Of a DNA stretch of 64,000 nt, positions 44,991 to 54,597 are shown piece by piece; position 1 is the stretch's first letter, and the number at the start of each line of letters is the position of its first letter. The stretch is from contig JBMHCD010000008.1 in assembly GCA_049890095.1 (NCBI GenBank), positions 167,764 through 231,763 on the forward strand, given 5' to 3'. The position numbers and the translations under genes are program-made. Origin of the DNA: Flavobacteriales bacterium. Lineage in GTDB: Bacteria; Bacteroidota; Bacteroidia; Flavobacteriales; UBA7312. Under the pieces are notes generated by a model. The model was given only the letters and a program-made list of their open reading frames with translations. It ran no database searches and was not told the DNA's origin.

Positions 44991-46475
44991 ATGTCAAAAA
45001 TTATATTTTACATTTTTACATTTTTTGTCTTTAGCAATTCTTTTTCTCAAACAATTGAGCCTCCCTTAATTACTCATTTGTCAATCGATTCGATTACTAA
45101 TCAGGTTCAAATAAACTGGGCAAATTCATCACCTCAAACTGAGGGTTATATTGTTTACAAAAGAGATTATTTTGGCTTGTGGATTCCACTAGATACTATT
45201 TTTGGCATTGATAATACTTTTTATGTCACTAATTCATCAAATGCTCAAAATCAAATAGAAACGTTCAGTATAACAGCATTTGATGGGAATGATAATTCTA
45301 GTTTACGAAGTGATTTTCATCAAACAACTAAACTGGAATATGATTATCAAAATTGTAATGATACATGTTTTTTAAGTTGGAATGGATACCATAATATGTT
45401 TGGTCTTGTTGGTTATCGCGTTCTGATTAATTCCAAAAATAATCTGAACGGACAAACCAGTTTTCAAGAAATTACCTTAGGACAAAATGATACCACTTTG
45501 GCTATGCCAGTAGATTATTCGACTTCTTATTCGTTTTACATTGCGGCTTTTAATATTTTCGATAGTTTATCGGTCTCTACTAATTCCGTTTTTTCTACAA
45601 CTAATTTAAAAGCTCCAGAATATATTTACATAAATAGAGTAAGTGTTAATTCTGAAAATACAATTGATGTTTCTATAATTTCGGATAGCTCTGATATTTC
45701 TTATTATAAAATATACCGATCTTTTTTAGATGGAGGATTTCCAAATTTTTTAGGAATAACGGATTCGGTTACTAGTCCTAATAGTTATCGTGATTTGTAT
45801 ACTTATCCACAATTAAATAAATATTATTACAGTGCTATAGCTGTAGATGTATGTGGTAACGAATTGTCAAGATCAAAATATATAAATAGTGTTGATACGT
45901 CAATTGTAAGTAACTTAAAGTTAACTCCATTAATTTTAACAAATAAAGAAATTTCGGTAGAATGGGATGATTATGAAGGTTTTTTAAACCCTAATTACAC
46001 GATAGAATTGTGGAAAGGTGTGAATAATAATTTCAGTTTATTAAATTCGGTATCTCCCTTTTCATCATCTGAAATTGATATTTCTGATGACATAGGCGAA
46101 ATATGTATTTTTTTAAAGGCTTATGAAAATGACGTTAATCTGATAAATCGTCAGGATACTATTTACTCCAATAGAGTATGTGTAGCTAATAAACCATTGG
46201 TATACATTCCAAATAGTTTCTCTCCAAATGAGGATATGAAAAACAACTTGTTTAAGGTTTATTTGTATGATAACGGTTCGTTAACGAGTTTTAAACTGGA
46301 TATATATGATTCGCTTGGAAACATTGTTTTTCAAACCAATGATGAAAATGAATATTGGGATGGAACATTTAAAGGAAAAGTTTTACCAATCGATAATTAT
46401 GTATATATGTTAAAAATAACATATGCTAATGATTATGAGATTTACAAAAACGGGAATATTACTTTGTTAAGATAA
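44991..46475 (+). CDS. secreted protein with T9SS type-B (gliding-motility-associated) C-terminal sorting domain
   Basis: Start at ATG 44991. Signal peptide, then Ig/Fn3-like repeats. The C-terminal region VYIPNSFSPNEDMKNNLFKV...YWDGTFKG...YVYML matches the CHU_C/TIGR04131-type domain. Confidence 0.8.
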   Translation: MSKIIFYIFTFFVFSNSFSQTIEPPLITHLSIDSITNQVQINWANSSPQTEGYIVYKRDYFGLWIPLDTIFGIDNTFYVTNSSNAQNQIETFSITAFDGNDNSSLRSDFHQTTKLEYDYQNCNDTCFLSWNGYHNMFGLVGYRVLINSKNNLNGQTSFQEITLGQNDTTLAMPVDYSTSYSFYIAAFNIFDSLSVSTNSVFSTTNLKAPEYIYINRVSVNSENTIDVSIISDSSDISYYKIYRSFLDGGFPNFLGITDSVTSPNSYRDLYTYPQLNKYYYSAIAVDVCGNELSRSKYINSVDTSIVSNLKLTPLILTNKEISVEWDDYEGFLNPNYTIELWKGVNNNFSLLNSVSPFSSSEIDISDDIGEICIFLKAYENDVNLINRQDTIYSNRVCVANKPLVYIPNSFSPNEDMKNNLFKVYLYDNGSLTSFKLDIYDSLGNIVFQTNDENEYWDGTFKGKVLPIDNYVYMLKITYANDYEIYKNGNITLLR

Positions 46476-46511
46476 TCCAGTAATTAATATTTCTGTTACA
46501 TGATATTTTAT

Positions 46512-46519
46512 TACTTTTG
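46512..46519 (+). promoter_or_regulatory. -7 box TACTTTTG upstream of guaB
   Basis: Exact TAnnTTTG match, 35 nt before the ATG at 46555. Confidence 0.4.
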
Positions 46520-46554
46520 CCCGATATTATTGATAACTTTTAATTGTTGAGTTT

Positions 46555-48018
46555 ATGGAGCCAAAAAATCAAAAAATTATAGGAGAAGGGCTAACCTATG
46601 ACGATGTTCTTCTTATTCCAGAATACTCTGAAGTTTTACCTTCTCAAGTAAGTGTTTCTACCTTATTCACAAAAAATATTAAACTAAACATTCCAATTGT
46701 TGCAGCAGCTATGGATACTGTTACAGAAGCAAAAATGGCTATAGCTATTGCTCAAGAAGGAGGTATAGGTGTTTTGCATAAAAACATGAGTGTTGAAGCA
46801 CAAGCTTCTGAAGTTAGAAAAGTAAAAAGATCGGAAAGTGGTATGATCTTAGATCCAATCATCTTGTCCCAAGATGCAATTGTGAGTGATGCATTGTTAA
46901 TAATGAAAGAAAATAAAATAGGAGGGATTCCTATTATTAATGATAAAAATGATCTTATTGGAATTGTAACTAATAGAGATTTACGTTTTGAGAAACAACT
47001 CGAAAAGAAAATAACAGATGTTATGACTAGTGAGAGTTTGATAACTACTCAATTAACGGATTTAGAAAATGCCGAAGATATTTTACAACAAAATAAAATT
47101 GAAAAATTACCTGTTGTTGATGAGAACGGAAAACTTGTTGGTTTAATAACCTACAAGGATATAATGAAAAACAAAACCAGACCAAATTCTTGTAAAGATA
47201 AATATGGGAGATTAAGAGTTGCCGCTGCTGTAGGTGTAACTTCTGATTCGATTGATCGTGTTGAAGCCCTACATAATGCCGGAGTCGATGCCGTTATTGT
47301 AGATACTGCACATGGTCATAGTAAGGGTGTAATCGAGACTGTAAAGAAAATAAAGTCAAGATTTCCTGATTTAGATGTTGTGGCTGGTAATATAGCAACA
47401 GCTTCTGCAGCTTTAGCACTAAAAGAAGCAGGTGTTGATGCCGTTAAAGTAGGAATTGGTCCAGGTTCTATTTGTACTACCAGAGTTGTTGCTGGTGTTG
47501 GTGTTCCTCAGCTTTCTGCAGTAATGGATGTAGTAGAAGCATTGGAAGGCTCTGATGTTCCTGTTATTGCCGATGGAGGTATTCGATATTCAGGAGATAT
47601 TGTTAAAGCATTAGTTGCTGGTGCAAGTACGGTAATGCTTGGATCTATAATTGCTGGTGTTGAAGAAGCTCCTGGTGAAACTATTATTTTTGAAGGTAGA
47701 AAATTCAAAGCATATAGAGGAATGGGTTCTGTAGAAGCAATGCAAGCTGGATCAAAAGATCGTTACTTCCAATCTGATCAAGAGGAGAAAAAATTAGTTC
47801 CAGAAGGAATTGTTGGGCGAGTTGATTATAAAGGAAAGTTAGACGAAGTAATTCATCAAATGGTTGGTGGCTTACGATCGGGTATGGGCTATTGTGGAGC
47901 ACCAAGTATTGAGAAAATGAAAGAATCTAAATTTATTCGTATTACCAGTGCAGGAGTAGTTGAAAGCCACCCTCATGATGTGCGAATTACTAGAGAAGCA
48001 CCAAATTATAGCAGATAA
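46555..48018 (+). CDS. guaB: IMP dehydrogenase
   Basis: 487 aa. A CBS pair is inserted in the TIM barrel. Catalytic loop [11 protein letters not shown], and GGIRYSGD. Confidence 0.97.
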   Translation: MEPKNQKIIGEGLTYDDVLLIPEYSEVLPSQVSVSTLFTKNIKLNIPIVAAAMDTVTEAKMAIAIAQEGGIGVLHKNMSVEAQASEVRKVKRSESGMILDPIILSQDAIVSDALLIMKENKIGGIPIINDKNDLIGIVTNRDLRFEKQLEKKITDVMTSESLITTQLTDLENAEDILQQNKIEKLPVVDENGKLVGLITYKDIMKNKTRPNSCKDKYGRLRVAAAVGVTSDSIDRVEALHNAGVDAVIVDTAHGHSKGVIETVKKIKSRFPDLDVVAGNIATASAALALKEAGVDAVKVGIGPGSICTTRVVAGVGVPQLSAVMDVVEALEGSDVPVIADGGIRYSGDIVKALVAGASTVMLGSIIAGVEEAPGETIIFEGRKFKAYRGMGSVEAMQAGSKDRYFQSDQEEKKLVPEGIVGRVDYKGKLDEVIHQMVGGLRSGMGYCGAPSIEKMKESKFIRITSAGVVESHPHDVRITREAPNYSR

Positions 48019-48044
48019 ATAACAAATAAATTTTAAAATAAGAA

Positions 48045-50072
48045 ATGAACGGAATTTTAGTTTTAGTAGCTTTAGGATTAGCAGTTTTAAGTGGTAATTT
48101 AAAAAACGATTCAAAAAAAGATAAACAACAAATTGTAATGGAAGTTGGCCCTGAGCGTGTTCCATTAAGCGAGTTTGAATCAACATTCAGAAAAAACAAT
48201 GCTGATAGAGTTGTTGATAAAGAATATCTTGATCAATACACAGATTTATTTGTTGATTTTAAAAGAAAAGTATTATTTGCTAAGGAGCTCAAAATGGATA
48301 CTTCTGTAGCTTTTAAAAGAGAATTAGCTGGCTATAGAAGACAATTAGCTCGTCCTTATTTAACTGATAAAAAGGCTGAAGAATCTCTAATAGACGAGGC
48401 ATATTCCAGAATGTTGGAAGAAGTAAGAGCTAGTCATATACTTATTACACTAGACGAATCAGCTTTACCAGATGACACCTTAAAAGCTTATAATAGATTA
48501 ATGCAATTAAGATCTGCTGCATTAGCTGGGCAAGACTTTAACAAACTAGCAAAAATTAATTCTCAAGATCCTTCTGCTAAAGAAAATAGTGGCGATTTGG
48601 GTTATTTTTCGGCATTTAGAATGTTGTACGACTTTGAAACAGTAGCTTACAATACTGAAGTAGGAGAGATTTCTCTTCCATTCAGAACTAGAGTAGGTTA
48701 TCATATTGTTAAAGTTACAGATAGAAGAAAAAATAAAGGAGAGTTAAAAGTAGCACATATTATGATTGAAGAAAGAGAGGATGCTACCCCAAAAGAAGTT
48801 ATTGCAAATCAGGAAAAGATTGTTCAAATGAAAGAGGCATTTGCAAGTGGCAAATCATTTGAAGACATGGTTCGATTTTCCGATGATAAATCCTCTGTTA
48901 AAAATAGAGGAGAATTACCTTGGTTTTCTTCAGGTCAAATGGTAGCTCCTTTTGAAAATGCAGCTTTTGGTTTACAAAAACCGGGAGACATTTCTGAGCC
49001 AGTAAAAACTATATACGGATGGCATTTTATTAAGCTTTTAGATACTAAGGCGGTACCAAGTTTTGAGGACAGTAAAGCTGATATTCAACGTAAAATTAAT
49101 AGAGATTCAAGAACAAATGTTGGTAGAGAGTCACTGATAAAAAATATCAAAAAAGAGTACAAGTTTCGTCAAATTTCCTCAGGAAGTTCATTCGCCAAAA
49201 ACTTACAAGTATTTTATGATATAGATTTGCAAAATTGGGATAGAAAAAACTTTGAAACCGATAACAAAACATTATTTGTTTTAGATAATATAAATTATAC
49301 TCAAAATGATTTTGCCGATTACCTGAATAAACATAAATCAAAAATAGATCCAAATAAAATGGAATCTTCTATTAATTCATTATACAACAATTGGATTGAT
49401 GATAGTTGTATTAAACATGAAGATAGTCAATTAGAAGATAAATACCCAGAGTTTAGAGCTTTAATGAAAGAATATAACGATGGCATAATGTTGTTCGATT
49501 TGATGGATAAAAAAGTTTGGTCTAAAGCAATAGAAGATACTGTTGGATTGATGAATTATTATCAAATTGCTAAAGAAAACTACGTTTGGGGAGAAAATGT
49601 GGTTGCTTCTACGTTTAATTGTAAAAATCAAAAAACAGCTGATAGATTAAGATCTTTGATTAATAATAGGTATTCCTTAAATCAACTAACCAAAAAAGAA
49701 ATAGATTTATTACGTTTCGGTAAAGGTGATGGTATATTTTTGTCTGATCAGGATATTGTGAATATTATAAATTATACCAATCCATCAAGTATTTCGTTTG
49801 AAAAAAAGAATTACAGCAAAGGTACATCTAATACAATAGATAATAAATGGTCTTTAGGTCTTACAGAAGATGATCCCCAGCTTGATGGTACTATTTTGAT
49901 AAGCAATATAACTGATATTAAGTCTGGTGAAATAAAAACTTTTGATGAAGCAAAAGGAGCAGTTATTTCGGATTACCAAGATTATTTGGAGTCGATGTGG
50001 AAAAAAGAGTTAGAACAAAAATATCCAGTAATAATCTACGAAGACGTTTTATACTCTATTATACAAAAGTAA
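48045..50072 (+). CDS. periplasmic parvulin-type peptidyl-prolyl isomerase/chaperone (PpiD/SurA-like, two PpiC domains)
   Basis: 675 aa. N-terminal anchor and two parvulin cores (SHILI...GDLGYF...GYHIVKV and AHIMI...GELPWF...GWHFIKL). Confidence 0.85.
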   Translation: MNGILVLVALGLAVLSGNLKNDSKKDKQQIVMEVGPERVPLSEFESTFRKNNADRVVDKEYLDQYTDLFVDFKRKVLFAKELKMDTSVAFKRELAGYRRQLARPYLTDKKAEESLIDEAYSRMLEEVRASHILITLDESALPDDTLKAYNRLMQLRSAALAGQDFNKLAKINSQDPSAKENSGDLGYFSAFRMLYDFETVAYNTEVGEISLPFRTRVGYHIVKVTDRRKNKGELKVAHIMIEEREDATPKEVIANQEKIVQMKEAFASGKSFEDMVRFSDDKSSVKNRGELPWFSSGQMVAPFENAAFGLQKPGDISEPVKTIYGWHFIKLLDTKAVPSFEDSKADIQRKINRDSRTNVGRESLIKNIKKEYKFRQISSGSSFAKNLQVFYDIDLQNWDRKNFETDNKTLFVLDNINYTQNDFADYLNKHKSKIDPNKMESSINSLYNNWIDDSCIKHEDSQLEDKYPEFRALMKEYNDGIMLFDLMDKKVWSKAIEDTVGLMNYYQIAKENYVWGENVVASTFNCKNQKTADRLRSLINNRYSLNQLTKKEIDLLRFGKGDGIFLSDQDIVNIINYTNPSSISFEKKNYSKGTSNTIDNKWSLGLTEDDPQLDGTILISNITDIKSGEIKTFDEAKGAVISDYQDYLESMWKKELEQKYPVIIYEDVLYSIIQK

Positions 50073-50079
50073 AATTTTG

Positions 50080-50916
50080 ATGATTAGAGTTCTGTTATCT
50101 TGTTTTTTACTGTTATTCGCTTCTTGTCATTTTTTCAAGAAGGATGATGCTGTCTTACTAGCTTCAATTTATGGTGAAGATCTCTATTTTGATGACATTA
50201 AACATTCTTTCAATACATCATTGAGTAAAAGTGATAGTATTTTATTACAAAAGAATTTGATAGAAAAATGGGTGAAAAATCAGGCTCTTGTGCATAAGGC
50301 AAAGTTGAACCTTGATGACGAGTTAATACAAGTTGAAAATCAAGTAAAGGAATATAGAAACTCTCTACTTATTTATCGTTATCAGCAATTATTATTAAAT
50401 CAAAAATTAGATACAGTAGTTTCTGATTTAGATTTACGCAATTTTTTTGTCGATAATAAAGCTAATTTTAAGTTGAAAAATAATATTGCAACCATTAACT
50501 ATATAAAATTAAAAAAGGAAGTGCCAAACCTTTGGAAACCTTTAAAATGGTATAAATCTGACAAAGAAAATACCTTAGAAAAATTAGAGGATTATTGTTA
50601 TCAGTTTTCGGATGAATATTCTATTGGAGACGAGTGGGTAAGAATTGAAGACTTAATCTCTAAATTACCAAAAGATCTTAATCTTAAAGTTTCAGACTTT
50701 AACAAGAGAAGAAATTTTGAGTTTTCTGATGATGACTATTTTTATTTTATTTATTTAAAAAAAGTAAAAAGAACTGGAGATATTGCTCCTTTAGAATTAG
50801 AAAAAAAGCAGATTAGAAATATTTTGATTAATAAAAGGAAATTAGATTTTTTGAAGAATATGGAAAATTCTATTTACAAAGATGCGATTTCTAAAAATTT
50901 AGTTACTTATGAATAA
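50080..50916 (+). CDS. hypothetical lipoprotein in the SurA/parvulin chaperone cluster (SurA N-domain-like)
   Basis: ATG 50080 is preferred over the TTG at 50077. Lipobox LFASC. No catalytic parvulin motif. Eight-nt overlap with the next gene. Confidence 0.55.
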   Translation: MIRVLLSCFLLLFASCHFFKKDDAVLLASIYGEDLYFDDIKHSFNTSLSKSDSILLQKNLIEKWVKNQALVHKAKLNLDDELIQVENQVKEYRNSLLIYRYQQLLLNQKLDTVVSDLDLRNFFVDNKANFKLKNNIATINYIKLKKEVPNLWKPLKWYKSDKENTLEKLEDYCYQFSDEYSIGDEWVRIEDLISKLPKDLNLKVSDFNKRRNFEFSDDDYFYFIYLKKVKRTGDIAPLELEKKQIRNILINKRKLDFLKNMENSIYKDAISKNLVTYE

Positions 50917-52243
50917 GATTGGATTTTTATTGTTGATGTTTGTTGGTTTTAGTTCAAATGGGCAAAACAAAGTAGATGGTATTGAAGCTATAGTAGGGGA
51001 TAAAATTATTTTGTATTCTGATATTGAAAATCAATTGTTACAATTTTTGGCTCAGAATCCTGCTGCTGATAAAGATCAGCTTCGTTGTCAAATTATTGAT
51101 GAAATGATGTTTCAAAAATTGTTATCTAATCAGGCAGAAGTAGATAGTATAGAAGTTACAAATGAAGAAGTTGAAGAAGTTGTGAATCAACGAGTTGATT
51201 TTTTTATGAGTAAGCTTGGAGGATCTGTTCGTGGTGTTGAACGATATTTTGATAAACCGATTGAAGATCTAAAAGATGATTTGTATAATTTGATGAAAGA
51301 TCAAATGTTGGCACAACGAATGGAATCAAAAATTACATCATCTATTAAAACAACCCCATTTGATGTAAGAAAGTTTTTCAATGAAATTCCCAAAGATAGT
51401 TTGCCAACATTACCTGCTGAGATAGAATTATCTCAAATTGTTATTTATCCAAAGATTTCTTCCACAGAAAAAGCACGATTAACTAAAAAGTTATTAGAGT
51501 ATAAGAAAAGGGTACAAAATGGAGAGGATTTTTCATTTTTAGCTTCATTATATTCTCAAGATGAAGGTTCGGTTAATGATGGAGGAGATTTAGGTTATGT
51601 TGGAAAAGGTAAATTAGTGCCTGAATTCGAAGCAGCAGCATTTAGATTACAAAAAGGTCAGATTTCTGATCCTGTAAAAACAAAATATGGTTTTCATCTT
51701 ATTCAAATGATTGATAGAAAGGGAGAGCAGTTTCGTATTCGTCATATTCTTTTAAAGCCTTCATACAGATTAGAAGATTTTACTAAAGCAAAAAGTCAAC
51801 TGGATAGTATTAGTATGCTTATTCGTTCTGATAGTTTATCATTTGCTGAAGCTGCATTAAAATTTTCTCAGGATGATTCCAAAAATAATGGCGGTATAAT
51901 TCTAAATCCACAAACAGGAGGTTCTTCGTTTTTAATAGAAGAGTTGGACTCAGAGTTATCATTGTCTGTTAATGGTTTGTCTGAAGGAGAAATATCTATT
52001 CCATTTAACTTCACTAATTTCGATCAAAGAGTTGGATGTAGAATAATTTTTGTAAATTCTCTATCAGAACCCCATATTGCAAACCTCTCTGATGACTATG
52101 ATCGATTACAGAACATTACCTTGCAACAAATGAAATCGGATGCTTTAGCAAATTGGAGAAATGAAACTATTGCTAATACATTTATAAAATTAAATACAAG
52201 TCTATCTTGTGATTTATTAACTAACTGGAAACAAGTAAAATGA
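50909..52243 (+). CDS. surA: SurA-like periplasmic chaperone / peptidyl-prolyl isomerase
   Basis: 444 aa. Signal peptide, SurA_N-like region, parvulin core GDLGYVGKGKLVPEFEAAAF...GFHLIQM, and a second degenerate parvulin. Confidence 0.82.
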   Translation: MNKIGFLLLMFVGFSSNGQNKVDGIEAIVGDKIILYSDIENQLLQFLAQNPAADKDQLRCQIIDEMMFQKLLSNQAEVDSIEVTNEEVEEVVNQRVDFFMSKLGGSVRGVERYFDKPIEDLKDDLYNLMKDQMLAQRMESKITSSIKTTPFDVRKFFNEIPKDSLPTLPAEIELSQIVIYPKISSTEKARLTKKLLEYKKRVQNGEDFSFLASLYSQDEGSVNDGGDLGYVGKGKLVPEFEAAAFRLQKGQISDPVKTKYGFHLIQMIDRKGEQFRIRHILLKPSYRLEDFTKAKSQLDSISMLIRSDSLSFAEAALKFSQDDSKNNGGIILNPQTGGSSFLIEELDSELSLSVNGLSEGEISIPFNFTNFDQRVGCRIIFVNSLSEPHIANLSDDYDRLQNITLQQMKSDALANWRNETIANTFIKLNTSLSCDLLTNWKQVK

Positions 52244-53187
52244 CAGACGTAGAATTAGTAAAAGAGTTTAAGCAATCTTATGATAATTTTAGAGCTGAGA
52301 TAGCAAAAGTTATTGTTGGGCAGGATGAAGTGATTAAAAATGTTTTGATATCTATTTTTAGTCAGGGTCATTGTCTTTTGGTAGGTGTTCCTGGATTAGC
52401 AAAAACATTATTAGTTCAAACAATTTCTGATAGTTTAGGACTAAAATATAATCGTATTCAGTTTACACCGGATTTAATGCCATCAGATATAGTTGGTTCT
52501 GAAATATTAAATACAAATAGAGAATTCGAATTTAAAAAAGGTCCTTTATTTGCTAATATTATTTTAGCTGATGAGATAAATCGAACGCCACCAAAAACAC
52601 AAGCAGCCTTATTGGAGGCAATGCAAGAACGAGCTATTACAGCTTCTGGTAATCGTTTTCAATTAGATAGTCCATTTTTTGTATTAGCTACTCAAAATCC
52701 AATCGAACAGGAGGGAACTTATCCATTACCTGAGGCACAATTAGACCGTTTTATGTTTAATGTAGTTTTAGATTATCCTTCTTTTGAAGAAGAATTACAG
52801 GTTATTAAAAATACGACCTCCGATAAAAAAGTAAAATTGGATAAGGTGTTGGATGCAAAACAGATTGTAGATTTTCAAAATTTAGTTCGTAGAATACCTG
52901 TTTCGGATAATGTAATGGAATATGCAGTGAAATTAGTTGCAAAAACCAGACCAAATAGCACCTATTCGACAGAAAGTGTTAATCAATACATTTCTTGGGG
53001 AGCTGGTCCTAGAGCATCACAATATTTAGTAATTGGTGCCAAATGTCATGCTGCTATAAATGGTAAGTTTTCGCCCGACATTGAAGATGTTAAGGCCGTT
53101 GCAGTACCCATTTTAAGACACAGAGTGGTTAAAAATTATAAAGCAGAAGCTATTTCTATTGAAAACATAATAAAAGATTTGTTGTAA
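52240..53187 (+). CDS. MoxR-family AAA+ ATPase
   Basis: 315 aa. Walker A GVPGLAKT, Walker B ILADEINR, and ATQNPIEQEGTYPLPEAQLDRF. Confidence 0.92.
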   Translation: MTDVELVKEFKQSYDNFRAEIAKVIVGQDEVIKNVLISIFSQGHCLLVGVPGLAKTLLVQTISDSLGLKYNRIQFTPDLMPSDIVGSEILNTNREFEFKKGPLFANIILADEINRTPPKTQAALLEAMQERAITASGNRFQLDSPFFVLATQNPIEQEGTYPLPEAQLDRFMFNVVLDYPSFEEELQVIKNTTSDKKVKLDKVLDAKQIVDFQNLVRRIPVSDNVMEYAVKLVAKTRPNSTYSTESVNQYISWGAGPRASQYLVIGAKCHAAINGKFSPDIEDVKAVAVPILRHRVVKNYKAEAISIENIIKDLL

Positions 53188-53753
53188 TGATTTTACCTAT
53201 TGTAGCATATGGTTTTCCTGTATTGAAGAAAAAAGCGGAAGAAATTAATGCAGACTATGCAGGTTTGGATCAGCTAATTGAGGATATGTTTGAAACCATG
53301 TATGAAGCTAATGGTGTCGGTTTGGCTGCTCCTCAAATTGGTAAGAGTATTAGATTATTTATTGTTGATGGTAGCCCTTTTGGTGAAGATGAAGAGGGTA
53401 TGGAAGATTTTTGTAAAGTCTTTATAAACCCAACAATTCTTAGTGAAGATGGAAAAAATTGGAATTTTAACGAAGGATGTTTATCTATACCAGATGTTAG
53501 GGAGGAGGTAAGTAGGAAGTCCAACATTAAAATTAAGTATCAAAATGAAAATTTTGATTGGATAGAGGAAGAATATGAAGGAATAAAGGCTCGAATTATT
53601 CAACACGAATACGATCACATCGAAGGGGTTTTGTTTACCGACTATTTGTCTCCGCTTAAAAGGAGAATGCTCAAAAGAAAATTACAAGATATTTCTAAAG
53701 GTAATATTAAGGCAAGTTATAGAATGAGATTTCCATTAAAAAAGGGAAGGTAA
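53187..53753 (+). CDS. def: peptide deformylase
   Basis: 188 aa. GVGLAAPQ, EGCLS, and HEYDH metal-binding motifs. TAATG junction with moxR. Confidence 0.93.
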   Translation: MILPIVAYGFPVLKKKAEEINADYAGLDQLIEDMFETMYEANGVGLAAPQIGKSIRLFIVDGSPFGEDEEGMEDFCKVFINPTILSEDGKNWNFNEGCLSIPDVREEVSRKSNIKIKYQNENFDWIEEEYEGIKARIIQHEYDHIEGVLFTDYLSPLKRRMLKRKLQDISKGNIKASYRMRFPLKKGR

Positions 53754-53759
53754 TTTTAT

Positions 53760-53767
53760 TATATTTG
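53760..53767 (+). promoter_or_regulatory. -7 box TATATTTG upstream of the small lipoprotein ORF
   Basis: Exact TAnnTTTG match, 17 nt before the ATG at 53785. Confidence 0.45.
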
Positions 53768-53784
53768 AACTTAATATTAAAATC

Positions 53785-53967
53785 ATGAAAAAAACACTTT
53801 ACCTATTGGTTGTGTGCGTACTTTCTAGTTGCGCCACAGTTTATTTATCTCCAAACGGTCAACAAATTTTTAACGATAAAAAAACACCGCTTGATTTATT
53901 CAGACAGTGTTTAAGATATATTGATTTTACTGCATATCATTATTACATCGCCGAAAGGCAAAAATGA
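53785..53967 (+). CDS. small putative lipoprotein (60 aa)
   Basis: Signal peptide with lipobox LSSC, and a promoter box at normal spacing. No recognisable family. Confidence 0.4.
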   Translation: MKKTLYLLVVCVLSSCATVYLSPNGQQIFNDKKTPLDLFRQCLRYIDFTAYHYYIAERQK

Positions 53968-54096
53968 TAATGATGATGAAGTAAATTTGTTATTTTCATT
54001 TGTCTATAAGTTAATGCAAAGATATTTGATTTTTTTATTTGACAATTTTTAATATAATTTTTAGTGAAAATAATATTGGAAATAGAAATTTTAAAA

Positions 54097-54136
54097 ACAA
54101 AAAAACCTTTCAACTACTTGAGTAGAAAGGTTTTTT
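54097..54136. terminator. bidirectional rho-independent terminator (end of the tRNA cluster)
   Basis: Outer stem AACCTTT/AAAGGTT, inner stem CTAC/GTAG, flanked by an A-run and a T-run. Confidence 0.7.
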
Positions 54137-54139
54137 ATG

Positions 54140-54213
54140 TGATCGCGACAGGATTCGAACCTGTGACCGTCTGCTTAGAAGGCAGATGCTCTATCCAGCT
54201 GAGCTACGCGACC
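54140..54213 (-). tRNA. tRNA-Arg (anticodon TCT)
   Basis: Manual cloverleaf, 74 nt. Acceptor GGTCGCG/CGCGATC, anticodon stem TCTGC/GCAGA with loop CTTCTAA, T-loop TTCGAAT. Confidence 0.9.
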
Positions 54214-54239
54214 AAAAAAAGGACTCTAAAGAGTCCTTG
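54214..54239 (-). terminator. terminator-like hairpin plus U-tract between tRNA-Pro and tRNA-Arg
   Basis: The minus strand reads AAGGACTC TTTA GAGTCCTT TTTTT, immediately followed by the 5' G of tRNA-Arg. Confidence 0.5.
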
Positions 54240-54314
54240 TCGGGGTGGCAGGATTCGAACCTGCGACCTCCTCGTCCCAAACGAGGCGCGATAACCGGGC
54301 TACGCTACACCCCG
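54240..54314 (-). tRNA. tRNA-Pro (anticodon TGG)
   Basis: Manual cloverleaf, 75 nt. Acceptor CGGGGTG/CACCCCG, anticodon stem CCTCG/CGAGG with loop TTTGGGA, T-loop TTCGAAT. Confidence 0.9.
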
Positions 54315-54327
54315 AAAAATTGAGCTG

Positions 54328-54335
54328 CAAATCTA
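54328..54335 (-). promoter_or_regulatory. -7 box TAGATTTG for tRNA-Pro
   Basis: Plus-strand CAAATCTA, 13 nt upstream of the tRNA-Pro 5' end. Confidence 0.5.
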
Positions 54336-54375
54336 ATTAAATTAAATAAACAGACAAGCTAAAACTCATAAAATG

Positions 54376-54462
54376 CGGAAAGAGGGGGATTCGAACCCCC
54401 GATACCGTTACCAGTATAACACCTTAGCAGGGTGCCGCTTTCAGCCACTCAGCCACCTTTCC
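54376..54462 (-). tRNA. tRNA-Ser (anticodon GCT)
   Basis: Manual cloverleaf, 87 nt. Acceptor GGAAAGG/TCTTTCC (one G-U pair), anticodon stem GCACC/GGTGT with loop CTGCTAA, long variable arm, T-loop TTCGAAT. Confidence 0.9.
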
Positions 54463-54476
54463 AAAAGAACGAGCGG

Positions 54477-54484
54477 CAAATTTA
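54477..54484 (-). promoter_or_regulatory. -7 box TAAATTTG for tRNA-Ser(GCT)
   Basis: Plus-strand CAAATTTA, 14 nt upstream of the tRNA 5' end. Confidence 0.5.
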
Positions 54485-54571
54485 TATCAATTATGATGTT
54501 TCACAAACTTTTTTTATTCTTATTTTTTATAAAAGAAAAAAAATGTAATAGCTATTTTATAATCGGAATGT

Positions 54572-54579
54572 TATATTTG
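54572..54579 (+). promoter_or_regulatory. -7 box TATATTTG upstream of the ABC substrate-binding protein gene
   Basis: Exact TAnnTTTG match, 18 nt before the ATG at 54598. Confidence 0.5.
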
Positions 54580-54597
54580 CATGAATCTAATCCATAA

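Noticed and set aside
54064-54597. ORFs 54064..54294 (+) and 54373..54597 (+), of 76 and 74 aa.
   Set aside because: Both are read-through translations across the antisense of the tRNA-Arg/Pro/Ser cluster (ATGFEPVT, GGRIRTCD and EGDSNPRY are tRNA T-arm shadows).
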